Below, piece after piece: positions 1 through 20,167 of a DNA stretch of 64,000 bases (the stretch's first letter is position 1; the number at the start of each line of letters is the position of its first letter). The notes under the pieces were generated by a model. That model was not told the origin of the DNA. It did not search any database and was given only the letters and a program-made list of their open reading frames with translations. The stretch covers positions 5,518,001 to 5,582,000 of the forward strand of contig CM022667.1 of the NCBI GenBank assembly GCA_012295275.1. The letters run 5' to 3'. Origin of the DNA: Chrysomallon squamiferum (lineage: Eukaryota; Animalia; Mollusca). Position numbers and translations under genes: made by a program.

Positions 1-97
1 ATGTTTTACTTAGGTTCAGTCTAGGTCAGAAAGATATTTTTATATTCACCTCACAAGACATTTAGCAACTAAATTGACAGTACGTTGCTCTTTATTG

Positions 98-780
98 ATG
101 CCATATGTGCTGCCTTTGGTTCTCTGAACATGGTGAACAAGCATCCAGCATATAATTCTCAGCTTTTGGTACCTTATTGGTGACAGCTTCATCTGACAGG
201 TTGCAGGCATGGTCAGTTGTGCTTTGGCAAGGTCTGATTAATTGGGTTTCCTCAATATGTTGTTTACTTCAAAAAGACATGGAGGAAAAATAAAAGGTGG
301 ATGTGACAGAAAAACTAATTAACAAAATAAATCGGTTACATAACTGAAACTGCCTACTAAAGCAAATCAAGGGAGTTGAAAATTGGTAGTAAAAATAAAA
401 TATGCAGTTGTCCCAGAAAACGTATTAATAAAATAAACTGGATACATAATCTGAACTCTGTGAGGGTAACACTGCAGACCTTCTCTCTTAACTTTTTACT
501 AATTGGGCTGATTGTTGTTCAGTCCTCTCTCATCTGTGTTGTTCTTTGGTGATGTTCTTTGAAGAATTTTGTACAGTGAAAACCATATAGGAATCTGCTA
601 CTATGCCATATGTGCTTCATCTGACAGGTGGCAGGCATGGTCAATTGTGCTTTGGCAAGGTGTGATTAATTGGGTTTCCTCAATATGTCGTTTACATCAA
701 AAAACACTATTGGTAATATACATAATTCATTCTGAAGAACCTCCTCCATATAAACGTTTTCTTCTCAGGATGTGAACAGT
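98..780 (-). mobile_element. Decayed LTR-retrotransposon fragments (duplicated gag-like piece and two LTR-end copies)
   Basis: About 85-nt direct repeat 187-272 / 615-702. Segments 302-350 and 409-455 resemble the element end TGTCACAGAAAACTAATTAACAAAATAA at 30042 (reverse copy ending 18455). The gag assignment is weak. Confidence 0.45.
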
Positions 781-2967
781 TTCCTCACGAAGAAAATGCA
801 GGACCGATAGTTCTCTCAGCGGTATTGTTGACAGCAGATACTTTACCTAGTGTACTTGCTTTTATTTTTGTTTACATGATTTTTCTGCTGATACATAACA
901 GCCAATATTAACATTATCCCGAGAAGAACTTCAGTTATTATATTTCTTAGTGCAGAATCTGTAGACAGTGGGCTGTGCAATTCAGATTCTTCACTGATTT
1001 TGGCCGGGTCCATTTGATTCCTTTTCAGCCTGGCTTCAGTCCATTCCTTGTGCTATTCATTTGTTGTAAGTGCATGTTTATTGAACTCCTGAATGGCAGT
1101 GTTGTATTCAGAGCCCATTGCAGCTGACATTGTCCAGAGGATACAGTGCTCCATGGCCATCCCACACCCTGAGGTAAGATCTCCAGCAGACTGTCACTGA
1201 AATTTTCCACATTTTTCTACAGGGGTAGCAACAACTAATAAAACAAATTCTGCTCTTAAATATAATAATTATACCATTTACAGTTTTATAAATCTATAAA
1301 TTCAAATTATAATTCAGAATTTAACCTTATCATCTTTATTCATGTCATATTTGCTTTTAATAGACATTATAGAGGTTTCAAATTTAAATTTAATTTCAAG
1401 CATAAATTACTGTACTGAAAATAATATATTTTGACTTAAGTATATTATATTGTAAATGTGACAAATTAATTACTTCAGTATATTATGAAAATATAGATCA
1501 TAAATATTTATCTTATGTATGTTAGGAAAACTTTTTATAATTTATGCAGGATCTGGATTAGTCTCATTCAGGCTGAACATAATTATAGGAAAACACTAAA
1601 CAACAAAGTATACTACATTAACGATGAATTCAGTTTGAATAAAAATGAAATGAATTCATTATTGCCACTCTTGGGTGAAGTAGCTAATGTGAAGCAGATC
1701 TTTCAGATCTCTGAGGGAAGAGTTCTTACAGAACCTTCAGTTTGTATCTTTGACTTGGGTTTTTAAGGTATTTTATTAAGTGATTAAAATTAGGTTGCAT
1801 CAGTACATCTCTCATATCCTGTACCAGAGATGCCAGAATGATTCATTGGTTATATATGTTCAAAGATAGCATATGCAGAAGACTCGGGAAAATTACTTCA
1901 TATTATTGATTCAGTTCCTTCTTTTGTGCCACATGACAATATGCGTTGTTCACAAGCCTTTGAGATCCACTGCCCTTGTTTTCCAAGCTAATTATCTTGC
2001 TGATGCACAAGAGATGAAAATGTTGACAAAAATCTTTCAGTTTCTTTCAACTAATTAGAGTCATAATAGTGAGGTATGTGTATGGGATACAATTCATACT
2101 TGCTGTCATTTTCACTCACACTAATTTCTTGCAACATAGAATTTCATCTCCATTGAGGAAACATAACACTTCATCAATTGAGCCCTTATTGCTACTAGAC
2201 ACTGTGATCAAGATGGAATGTAAATGAAATGAGCAAGAAGTATGAAAACAAGAATCCCTGTCCTTGTATAAGACAATGTGCATGTCCAAGTAAGAGAAAT
2301 GGATCACTACAAAACATGTTGTGTTTAAACTGATTGTATCTGAGGACTTTATTTCAAGAGCAGAAGTTGATGTTTTCAATATACACATGATACCGCCTCT
2401 AAGCGAAAGGTGAAACAGATGACTGTTTTCCAACAACATTTCACTAAGTTCTGATGTCCATTTTCAAAACAAATAATTCTGTCATCCCAAAGGTATTAAC
2501 TGTTCAGCCTTTGCTGCACTACTGTAGGTTTATAGCTTCAATTGTGTCCTGTAAAATGATTCTGAAAAGTGAAGATGATCTGCTGTCAGCAGTAAATGCT
2601 CTAACGTACATCACCACCACTCTAAGCCAATCTGATTTCTGAACATCAAGTTTAGAAAATTGTGACCAGATATTAGAGGCAAAGACCTCCGACAGTACAT
2701 GAGTTTGTCCATACCCATTTCTGGTCATGACAAAAAATCTGAAGAAAAGAAAAAGAGAGACATTTAGGTTTATTTGCAGTAATTTGAAATGCAGAACAAA
2801 GCAAAATGTTCAATGGAGACTTCAAATTTTTGAAACAAAGACCTTAATATAGTCTTTTATCATTATTAATGAATTACTAGTGGTAGTTGAATTTATCCTG
2901 GATAACACATGTTCAAACTTTGAAAGTTTACTGATATAAATGATGTAACTTTGTTCTTTCCACAGAA

Positions 2968-10736
<7,769 letters not shown>

Positions 10737-10887
10737 GATCACTGCTGGAATGTTCTTAACAAATTTACTGTTGCTTGTTTCAGTGATTCGTTTTAAATAA
10801 TATTTAACAAATTAATTAAATTTTTTATATTTTTTTTTGATTAATAAGTTCATTCTTCTATATTTGTTCAAGAGGCTTAACAGAATT

Positions 10888-10958
<71 letters not shown>
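10888..10958. repeat. (CT)n microsatellite in the putative gene A 3'UTR
   Basis: Direct reading. Confidence 0.98.
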
Positions 10959-10964
<6 letters not shown>

Positions 10965-11269
10965 TTTATGAATAATCATTTCTTTTTCTATCCCTTTCTG
11001 TTTTTAATTTTAATGTTAATTTTTTTTATATATATGTAAATTGTTCTTCTCACACAACTTGCTCATGTTTCATGCATGTTTCACTTTCTGGCTTGTTTTA
11101 GAGTTTATCTTTCAGTAACATCTCAGTTTATTAGAAATGTGATGTTGAATATGTTCATTTACTTTATTTACTACCTCATTTGGTTTTGATATTTTAGTTA
11201 TGATTGTTGTTAAGCTTTATAATACACTTAGTGAATACTAGCTTGCTTTTCAAGTAAATCCTAAAAGTG

Positions 11270-11320
11270 AATAAATAAAATATTGCTATGTTAAAAATTT
11301 GTGTTGTGTTGTCTGTTGGA
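11270..11320 (+). terminator. Probable polyadenylation signal of gene A
   Basis: AATAAA at 11270 followed about 25 nt later by a GT-rich tract (ttgtgttgtgttgtctgttgg). Confidence 0.5.
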
Positions 11321-11606
11321 ATGGTTACGTAGGAAATGTCTGCTCGTCAAAACTGTTTGAGTAACCAATATTTATTTTTGTTTTCTTTTGATTTGTTTTA
11401 AGAACGGTTTACATTTTTGTCCTGTTTGGTTAGTAAATTTCATATTCCAAAATATTTCTATTTATATCTTGTTTTTGAAAAAGTATTTTCATTACATATA
11501 AATACAGTTAGAATTATGTGACCGTAAAATGTTATAAATTTCAAACGTTGATATTTTAGGTATTGGATTATTTCATTTTTTTCATTATTTACTTCATCAT
11601 GCATTT

Positions 11607-11624
11607 TTATTATTATTATTATTA

Positions 11625-11660
<36 letters not shown>

Positions 11661-11670
11661 ATTATTAGAA

Positions 11671-11717
<47 letters not shown>
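11607..11717. repeat. (ATT)n microsatellite (others at about 34845-34893, 40008-40055, 49138-49196, 51355-51432, 51645-51700)
   Basis: Direct reading. Confidence 0.95.
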
Positions 11718-11722
<5 letters not shown>

Positions 11723-11830
11723 GCGCGAGTGTGTGTGTATGTGTTTTAATAGTTTCTAGGGGTTTTCGTTTTCTGTACTGGCCGGTTTGAGTTGTTTTTT
11801 CCTTTGATTCAATGTTTTTATTTTCTGCAG

Positions 11831-12506
11831 GACATAGATGATATTTATTCAATTGTGGATAAATCTGAGAAACTTGGAGCGGATAAAAAATATAAGTTAA
11901 AACATAAAGAGAAGACAAAGAAAACTGGTTTGTATGACACAGATTTCTAAAATTATATTGCAACAGTTTTCTTTATATCACATCAATAGAAAAGAAAGAG
12001 AAAAAAGTTATTTGTTTTTACATTTCTAATTTTAATTAAAGTTCTAGGCAAATGTAACAAACAGGTGTATATCTGCAATATGTTTATAATTTTATTTTGA
12101 TGTTATTTGTTAAGAAAACCTCTGATATCACACTAAATATAAAATAATTCGAAAGTTAAATTGCACAACTGAAGATAAATAAATCTAATGTCTAACAAAC
12201 AATTTGTATATATGTTTATTTGTGTATGTATGTGTGTCTGTGTGTGTGTGAGTGGGTGGATGGGTGGATGGTTGGGTGTTTGTGTGAATATATATGTACA
12301 TGTATATTTGTTATTTTTAAGGTTAACAACCAGCAAAGACTAAAAGAAGAAATGAATGTCAGCTGGTTTACACTGAAGTTGAGTTTACAAATGAGAAAAT
12401 GTCACAGCCCATGAACAAAAGAGAAGAACCAACAGTGTACATTCAGATTGACTTCTCAAATAAATCCCCACAGTTGTCTGATGTCAATCAAGAGAGTTCA
12501 AACTGA
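11831..12506 (+). pseudogene. Paralog E: orphan cytoplasmic-tail exons of an ITIM/ITSM Ig receptor; no TM or ectodomain exons upstream in the window
   Basis: Exon 11831-11927 (DIDDIYSIVDKSEKLGADKKYKLKHKEKTKKT) is homologous to gene C exon 10. Terminal exon to TGA 12504-12506 encodes QLVYTEVEF...EPTVYIQIDF. The acceptor at 12321 gives an immediate in-frame TAA (12324); the alternative CAG at 12333 is open. Confidence 0.75.
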
Positions 12507-15500
12507 AAAGTCAAAAATGGAAAATGAATTTATAAAATAAGAAAAATAATAAAAAAAAAATTAAAACTGAAATAAAATAATAAGAGTCAAAAGAAAACAA
12601 AACTGGTGTAATGTTATACACTTAGACCAAAACTGCAAAGAAAATCTGCACATTTTTGGAATTTGAAGTAGAGAAATAAAGAATGGTGAAATAATCCAAA
12701 ATAGATTAAGCTTTGTGAAAGCTATACAAATCAGTACAAAATATAATTTAATGTTTATCAGTTGAAAATTATAGAATTACTTCACCTTCAGTTGTGTTGT
12801 TACTGATTATGATGTATTTTGTGACTGGAAATCTCTGAACATTGGCTTTTTACAATGTAAACAGTATGTAATAATTATATTATTATTACTATTTTTTATC
12901 TCTCTTTTACTGTGTTTATAATTTTCAGTAAGATATTAAATTATTTCCTATAGTGTTTTGTGGTCAAGACAGATGTTGTTCTTTTACTGTTATTTTGTAA
13001 TGGCAATCAGAAAGTGCTAGTCTGCAGTCGTAATAGCATCTGACATTTAAAGGTAGGAAAATAACAATGTTGAAATCTTTTGTATTATAAAACAAAATGT
13101 TTTCTTGCGACGATAAGAAAAGGCTTTTCCATAAAATGTCTGTATGTATGTCTATGGTTACTGACCCATTTAGAAATTCCGTCTTTTTCGTATGTTCTCG
13201 TAGGAAAGCTTTGCCAGTAGCTGGCTTAATAGAAGTGTTTCCTATCCTGCTCATGTTTTGTCACACTTTCTTCCAATTTTTTTTTTGTTTTTTCTTTTAA
13301 TTTTATTGTTTTTTTTTGTGTGTGTTCTTTTTTTTTCTTGAATTTGTCAGTATTTTCATAAATACTGAATAGTTCAATAACAATCATAAATTATAATTAC
13401 ATAAAATCAGATTTCTGTTGATCTGAATGTGTGTTTGAAACTTTCTGGATTATAATAATCAACACTTTGCTACAGGAAGAACCTGCAGCTGTTTTATCAA
13501 TATTAAATTAATATCCCTTCTGAAAGTCACATATGACTAATTACTTAGTCAAGATAAATGTTGATGATTTTTTTTCTCCTTTTATTATTTAATTTGTTTA
13601 ATATGAGAACTGATAGGGGATGAATATTAATATATTAAGTATGCTCAAAATTGATTTCTGCTAAAATTAAGAAATCTTTTATAATTGTCAAGATCACTTT
13701 TATTGAAGTTTAAATTCACTGACATCAAATACGTTTATTTTCCTTGACAAAGAGAATACACTTGAAAACTTGCTGCTGATCATGAAAACAATTCTATATA
13801 AAATATTAGTGCTAGTCTTTGAACAATTTGGTGTTCTCTTTTCGTTTTTTTTTTTTTTCTTGTGTGTCATTAATTTTATATATTATAATATCTATTGATG
13901 CATATATCAGATGGCAGATTTTATTTTTATTGTCATAAATGGTTTTTCTTTTACTCTTTTTTTCTCCTTTTCTTATTTCATAATAATGAAATATAAATGT
14001 TAAATTACTTCGTTCTGCAATGTTTTGCTATTTGATAATTCCAAAATTTGTTATTTTTTGTAATACATATAATTACATTTTTTACTTTTTTGTTGATATT
14101 AAACAGAATTAAAATTACTTTTTACTTTAATATCTTTCGTATTTTTGTAAATATACAATCAATGATTAAGAATAGCAAGATTTTTATATATTTCTTAATA
14201 GTATGTTGATTAAGATATTATTTTACTTAATGTTTTCATGTTTGTTACACATGTATTTATTGTAAATTTTGCAGTAAATAATAATTAAAAAAAACCTTAC
14301 AATTCAGTGTAGATTATTTTCAGATATTTAACTGTAGTATATACCATACAATTACATAAAATTAAATATGTATGTATTAACTACTTATACTAACATATGT
14401 AATAAAGTACTTTTAAATTATTTATTTAGCTTTCTAATAAAATTTTATTGTTTTTGTTGCCATCAGGTTAATTAGTAAAATGCCATTTACCTCGAAATTT
14501 TGACTAGCTTTGAGATTGTGGTGCAGTTCTTAAAAAAAGTCTGCTTTGACACATACTTTTCCAGTTTGATATTTGAAAACAACTATAGCCTCACGGACTA
14601 CTAAGTATCTTACAACCTGTCCTTGTGCTGCTTTGAACATAAAGAGAAACATGAAACATTTCCAGGAATTTAGTTTATTTGAATAATTTGTGTGAACAGT
14701 TAATATGCAATATTGTCTGATAGTATCAAAATAAATTGCTGCAGTAAACAAGTGAGAAGTACATTATGCCTACTGGCGACTATAGATAGAATTGACTTTA
14801 AAAAGCAATGAGCATTGTGTATCAGAATTTGAAAATGGAAGTAAGTTTTCGACTTGGAAGGTTGAAAAACTAATCAACCATGAGAGTTTTCTTAATTCCA
14901 TGATTAGTCTGTTATTGTCAGAAAAAAAAATAGTTTCTAATGGAAATATAAACTTGTTTATTAAATGGCAAGCTTGAGTTGTTTCAATGTCAAGATCATG
15001 GCTTGCAGCACATTATCAACATTGTTCAAACTAATTTAAAGAAAAAAAATAGAAGAAAATAATGCTAGAAAAGTTGCTACTAACTTCACAGGAAAATTTC
15101 ATTCCTAATGACAGATCTGGCCTACACTAAGATCTGATTTAAAATAGTGTGCTTTGACAGTACACATTATTTTCATCAAGAGTCTTAAATTTACAACTCT
15201 CGTGAAATGAAGGAAACAGTTCATTTATCTCCTCCATAACGTGGCTGTTTACTGTCCATTTTTTCTCTTGCTCATGGAAAACAAGGTTTACTATCCTGTC
15301 TGTGACTAATAATGTGAAGATGATGATAAATGTACTCAAATTAAAATATTCTACTAGAAAAATAAATTTTTGTTATCCAAATAAGATTTCTGAAGTTTCA
15401 TCATATGTTTATCGTAAGACTTCATCATGCGCTATCGCTAATACATGGACCTCTTTGGGGTTGTCTTTAAGTGATAAATCACTGTCAGACGAATAATAAT

Positions 15501-15799
15501 TTTGCACTAAAACACACAGGATGCTCATCTGTCAAATCTTGGCAAACAATTTATAGGCATGTATTCCATATAACGGGAAGAAAATGGTTTGTAACACTCC
15601 TGCTTTTAAGATATAATGTCCTAACACTGATTTAGTTCAAGTATAAGTTGATTCACATGTCAAACTTTGGCTTTCACTTCTCTGTTATGGTAAAACAAAA
15701 GTCTCTGGATATTTTCAAAAATTTACGTTAAAATTTACGTTATATTTTATGTAGTTCTGTCTCCTTACTACAATGTTTCATCTTTTTTTTTCTTTTTTA

Positions 15800-15848
<49 letters not shown>

Positions 15849-16119
15849 TACTTAATCTGATGAAAAGTGCTTTGCTTTTTATTTATATTAAAGTTCCTTT
15901 CCAAAAGTAAACATAATAGGATTTTTGCAGTGTTTCAGTAATTTGATAGTTATTTTTTCAGGACATCTACAGATGGGCAGAAGTATTCCCATCAAAACTT
16001 CAGCGGGTATCTTTTAAACCAGTTCCTTTGAGGTACGATCGAGAGAAGATCCTCGGGAAGTGAGTTTTTTTAATTAGGAATCATATCAAATTCTGACTGA
16101 TTGAAGACAAAAATGAGGA

Positions 16120-16800
16120 TCTTACATTCCGGGTGAAGCAGGCGCGAACAGCCGAGAGACTAATGGGCACCTGTCACCTTCTAGCAGCAGATTTGTTTAC
16201 AATCACCCCACCATGTGTCGTTGTGTTCCCTCTTTCTGCTTCTTGTCAGCAAACAAGTTGTGTACGGCACAGGCTACCAAGACAACTGTCTGAGGTATTT
16301 GCATTATGCACGAGTGAAGACGCCTGAACCTGGAAACGGAATAAAATCATTGAATTATTACAAAATTCCTTGAAGAACTATCAATTGAAAGTCACACCAG
16401 TGTAAAAGAAATTGCTAAGTAACAAAATTATCATGAAATGCAAAAGAATATTTGTACATACCTGTTGGCCAAATAGCCAAAAGCATTATCCACAATCGTG
16501 CATGCCATGGACAACCTGAATTTGAAGATGGGATCTGCTGCGGTCATTTCTCTGTTGGTGTGTGGCTTCATCATCCAGCTTCTGATGGCAAATCGTCCAC
16601 CGACAAGGACGTATGGGACATCAGTGTCAGCACCTGGCAGGGATTCTGCTTCAGAGTACGATACAGTCTACACTGCCTGAAGATTTCAGCATCAGATTCA
16701 GCACCATATGCACCTCACTCCACATACATAAATTTGTAGTTGGTGTTCACCAGGGCCAGCATGATGATGGAGTGGATGGTCGCAATTGAGGTGTTACTGC
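16120..16800 (-). mobile_element. Decayed PIF/Harbinger (HARBI1-like) DDE transposase fragment with a 132-bp intron
   Basis: Conceptual translation with frameshifts: HSIIMLALVNTNYKFMYVDVGAYGAESDAEIF...VPYVLVG...WMMKPH...IFKFRLSMA..IVDNAFGYLANR|FRRLHSCI...VACAVHNLL; GT-AG intron 16330-16461. Confidence 0.88.
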
Positions 16801-16829
16801 AGTGCAAATGTTCAAGAGTGGAATCAGGG

Positions 16830-17905
16830 ATACACTATGTACTATTTGCTTTTAGAGATCAAAAACAATAATCATTGGGTTTCTCCCCATTTATCTTGGT
16901 ACATGGTCACACTCCCATAGGTAAATACAATAAGAAATAACTACTTTTAGGACAATAACTCTGAGAATCTTCTGAACTACGTAGCCAAAGTAAAAGACAG
17001 GTTACAGTAAGGCCATAATGAGGTCAGAAATTGAATACGTGCTTCAGCATAAGATTATTGAACTATCAGAATTGAGTGGTCAAGTTCTGGTATCTTGGTA
17101 GCAAAGCCAGATGAAGTCACCGGTTATGTGTCGATTTGCGCAAAATTAATCAACTGATTAAAACAGATTCAAAAATACCCCTGCCGTGGGTAGACCAAAG
17201 TATCATCAAATACATCACCAAGTTGGATTAGCTAAAAGGATATCGCCAGATTCCCTGGAATGACCGAGCTACACAGATTTTAGCTGCTGTAACACCTGAT
17301 GGATTGTACCAGTTTCGTTCTATGCCATTCGGATTGAAAACAACCCTGAAGCTTTTAAATGATTAATGATCCGTATGCTTGAGGATTTGCCCTATGTTTT
17401 TGGGTATACCTTGATGATCTTGTTCCAGGAAATGACACTTAGCAAGACCAAATAAACAGCTTAGGAGGATTTTTTGCTAGGGTTCGAGAGGCTAAACTGA
17501 CTGTTAAAGTCACCAAATGTGAATTTAGTCAAGCTCGGGTGACATTTTTAGGACATATAGTAGAGCTTGGAAAAATGATATCAATAACAGGACATTACCG
17601 TCTTTTCTCTCAAAATTTTGCAATTGTCGCTGTACCAAAGGGTAACAGAAAGGGGTAACAAATTCAGATTGACAGAAAAGTGCTTCAGAACATTTTACTG
17701 TCCTACTGAATTTGTTATCCTTCTGTAAAAGCCTTTTGATGCCTTTCAGGAATTAAAGAACATTCTCTGTTCAACACGTATAATAATAACATCCAAACAC
17801 CAACAACCATTCAAATTGGATGTAGACGCTAGTGATGTTGGTTCCGGGGTAGTTCTGTTTCAAGAAGATCACAGTGGATTAGACCATCCAGTCATTTGTT
17901 TGTTT

Positions 17906-17947
<42 letters not shown>

Positions 17948-18455
17948 TTTTTAAACTATACATCAGCTTAGTTATTCAACTGTTTGAAAAAGAAGCTCTG
18001 GTCTTGATTCAAGCCTTGAAACATTTTCAAGTGTACGCGAAGGCTGCACCTCATCCACGGATTACAAGAGATCGTATGACAGAAACTAATTGGTGAGTGT
18101 TACCCTGGAGTTTGATATCACAGGAATACCCAGTTACTATAAAACATGTAGCTAGTGATCCTTCCAGAATATAATGTTGTCTTCTTCTTTTTTTCATGGC
18201 CATATTCTTGATTTCTATTAATCAACCTATGGCGAACCAGGGAAATAATACTTACGGAAGCTGATACATTGATAACGTTACTCTTTTATGTATTGTTTGA
18301 CAGATATTTTTCGTATGTATCATATACTGCTGCTCTTTGTTATTATGCGACATTTATATACTTAAGTATGCTAAATTTTCTAAATTTGTGGATAGCCAGG
18401 TCATGGAATTCAGATTATGTAATCAACTTATTTTGTTAATTAGTTTTCTGTGACA
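16830..18455 (+). mobile_element. Decayed Ty3/gypsy pol remnant, Gmr1-like domain order (integrase end, RT, RNase H) with probable LTR end
   Basis: YVLFAFRD..SLGFSPFILVHGH and NLLNYVAKVKDRL (integrase C-part, about 16835-17010) precede RT motifs ITKLD*LKGYRQIP, TPDGLYQFRSMPFGLK, LDDL, KCEFSQARVTFLGHIV and RNase H motifs PFKLDVDASDVGSGVVLFQ, EKEALVLIQALKHFQVY; ends ...TGTGACA 18455. Confidence 0.88.
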
Positions 18456-19049
18456 TTCACGGCCAGATCCTCACGATCCTCACAAATTTAGTGATAAAAA
18501 CAACAAAGTGAACGAACAGCACAACTCTTGGGACATCAATAAGCGGAAAAAACAACAAAGACAAAACACCACAAACAGCTGCTTACGCTTCGATCTGCCC
18601 GATACTCTCTTTGTGTCTTGCAGGCCTAACGAGAACCCGTTCTCTTTTCTTCCTCAACTCTCTTCTGCGACAGATATGCCCCCGTCTTTGTCAGAGAGCG
18701 TGACTGTCGCAGAGGTGTCTCAGAACACCTTTACTTGATTCATTTGTTCTGGTTAGTTTAGTTCAGATAATTAGAGAGAAAAGCCAAAAGGAGAGCCCAA
18801 GGTGTTAGCCAGCAGTTAGGCGGGGGACAAATGTTTATGACAGATATGCTCCTTGTGGAAAACTGTGTCTGTTCTTATTTTGATAGGGTGTAATGTACAA
18901 TTAACCTATTGTAACGGAGACCACGCCATTAGACATCTTGGATGTTATGTTAAGGCTCAACCTAGGGTAAAAAGGTGCATTAATGGCCATCTAACAAGGA
19001 ATATAAACGCTCAATTCTCAGCAATCTATATAAATCAATAAATCTCTCT

Positions 19050-19590
19050 ATCCACTGGAGAAATAAACACAAGTTAAGGTTCACGTTAATTATTTAATTA
19101 TGATATACAGGTGACATGATAATAATACTTTATACACTCGATAAAACATATGTTTGAGTAATTTTAATTAATAATACGAGTAAGGTCATGCGGGGAACCA
19201 AGTCAAAATAAAAATCTACACGGAGGACAGATTAAACAAGTAAAATTCAAGGTCTATTAAATGTTATTAACACAGGCTATATGCACATTACACACTATTA
19301 AACTAAGAATAGACAATAACTTACCATACTCGTCCGTGAAGACAATGTCATTCAAAAACATTGGTTTCCACGCCTGACTGAGCTCTCGTGTTGGCCTTTT
19401 CCTTCTCTGGTTAATTACCAAGTGCCGGCTCTTTTAAAACAATGCCATGGAGTTGAAAAATTGGCGGCAAAAATAAAAAGCACGGATGTGATTGAAGTAA
19501 CAATTAGTTACGCAATTTAAATTCCATGGCATAAAAATAAACAGGCGGATGTCGCATAAAGATAAATTTGTTACGCAATCTGAATTCAGT
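19050..19590 (-). repeat. Interspersed repeat, also at about 28920-29450 and 50570-51110
   Basis: Shared core TTTTAAAAGAGCCGGCACTTGGTAATTAA...GAAGGAAAAGGCCAACACGAG in three places; family not identified. Confidence 0.75.
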
Positions 19591-20167
19591 TTATGGTTTT
19601 TAAATTGCTTGTCAGGTGGCCACAAAAACACCTTACTGAGCCCTAGTAAAACATTCAGAATGTTCAATTATGTGGGCCTCGTGATACAGTGGTAAACAGC
19701 CATCCAATAGTATTTCGACCTTTCTTGCTTCGTATAGCAAAGGAGTTATTTCAAAGATGTATTGTGACATTGCATCCCTTAGCCATGCATTCCAAAATAC
19801 AACTTGCATTAAGCAACAGAAATAACGAGGCATTTCAGTTTCCCAAGAAGGTAACAAGTGTCAAGCTCATTTTTTAAATGAACCGTCCTAATGGATCTTA
19901 TACTGCTTAAAATTAAACATTAACATTTTAAATTTCGATGAAATATATTTGGACAGTTATAAAATATTTTCTAATATACTCAGTCTTTAAAAAGCTTCTC
20001 TTATCAATTAAAATATTAAACAAGTTAAATAGTGAATGGGGCAAAAAAGGAAAAAAAAAAAAAAGAATTCCTCAGCATTTTAAAAGCGTGGATAAATAAT
20101 TAAACAGTTTATTATTTCGTAAATCTACATGGAACTGAAAACGGGTTATTTTACTCAAGAAATGCCA

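Noticed and set aside
1515-2760. Cluster of 60-107 aa ORFs and a strong minus-strand acceptor near 2739
   Set aside because: No recognisable domain, frequent stops, no consistent exon chain; possibly decayed coding DNA but unassignable by eye
16330-16480. Apparent integrase zinc-finger-like residues on the plus strand
   Set aside because: Better explained as the intron and exon border of the minus-strand Harbinger fragment
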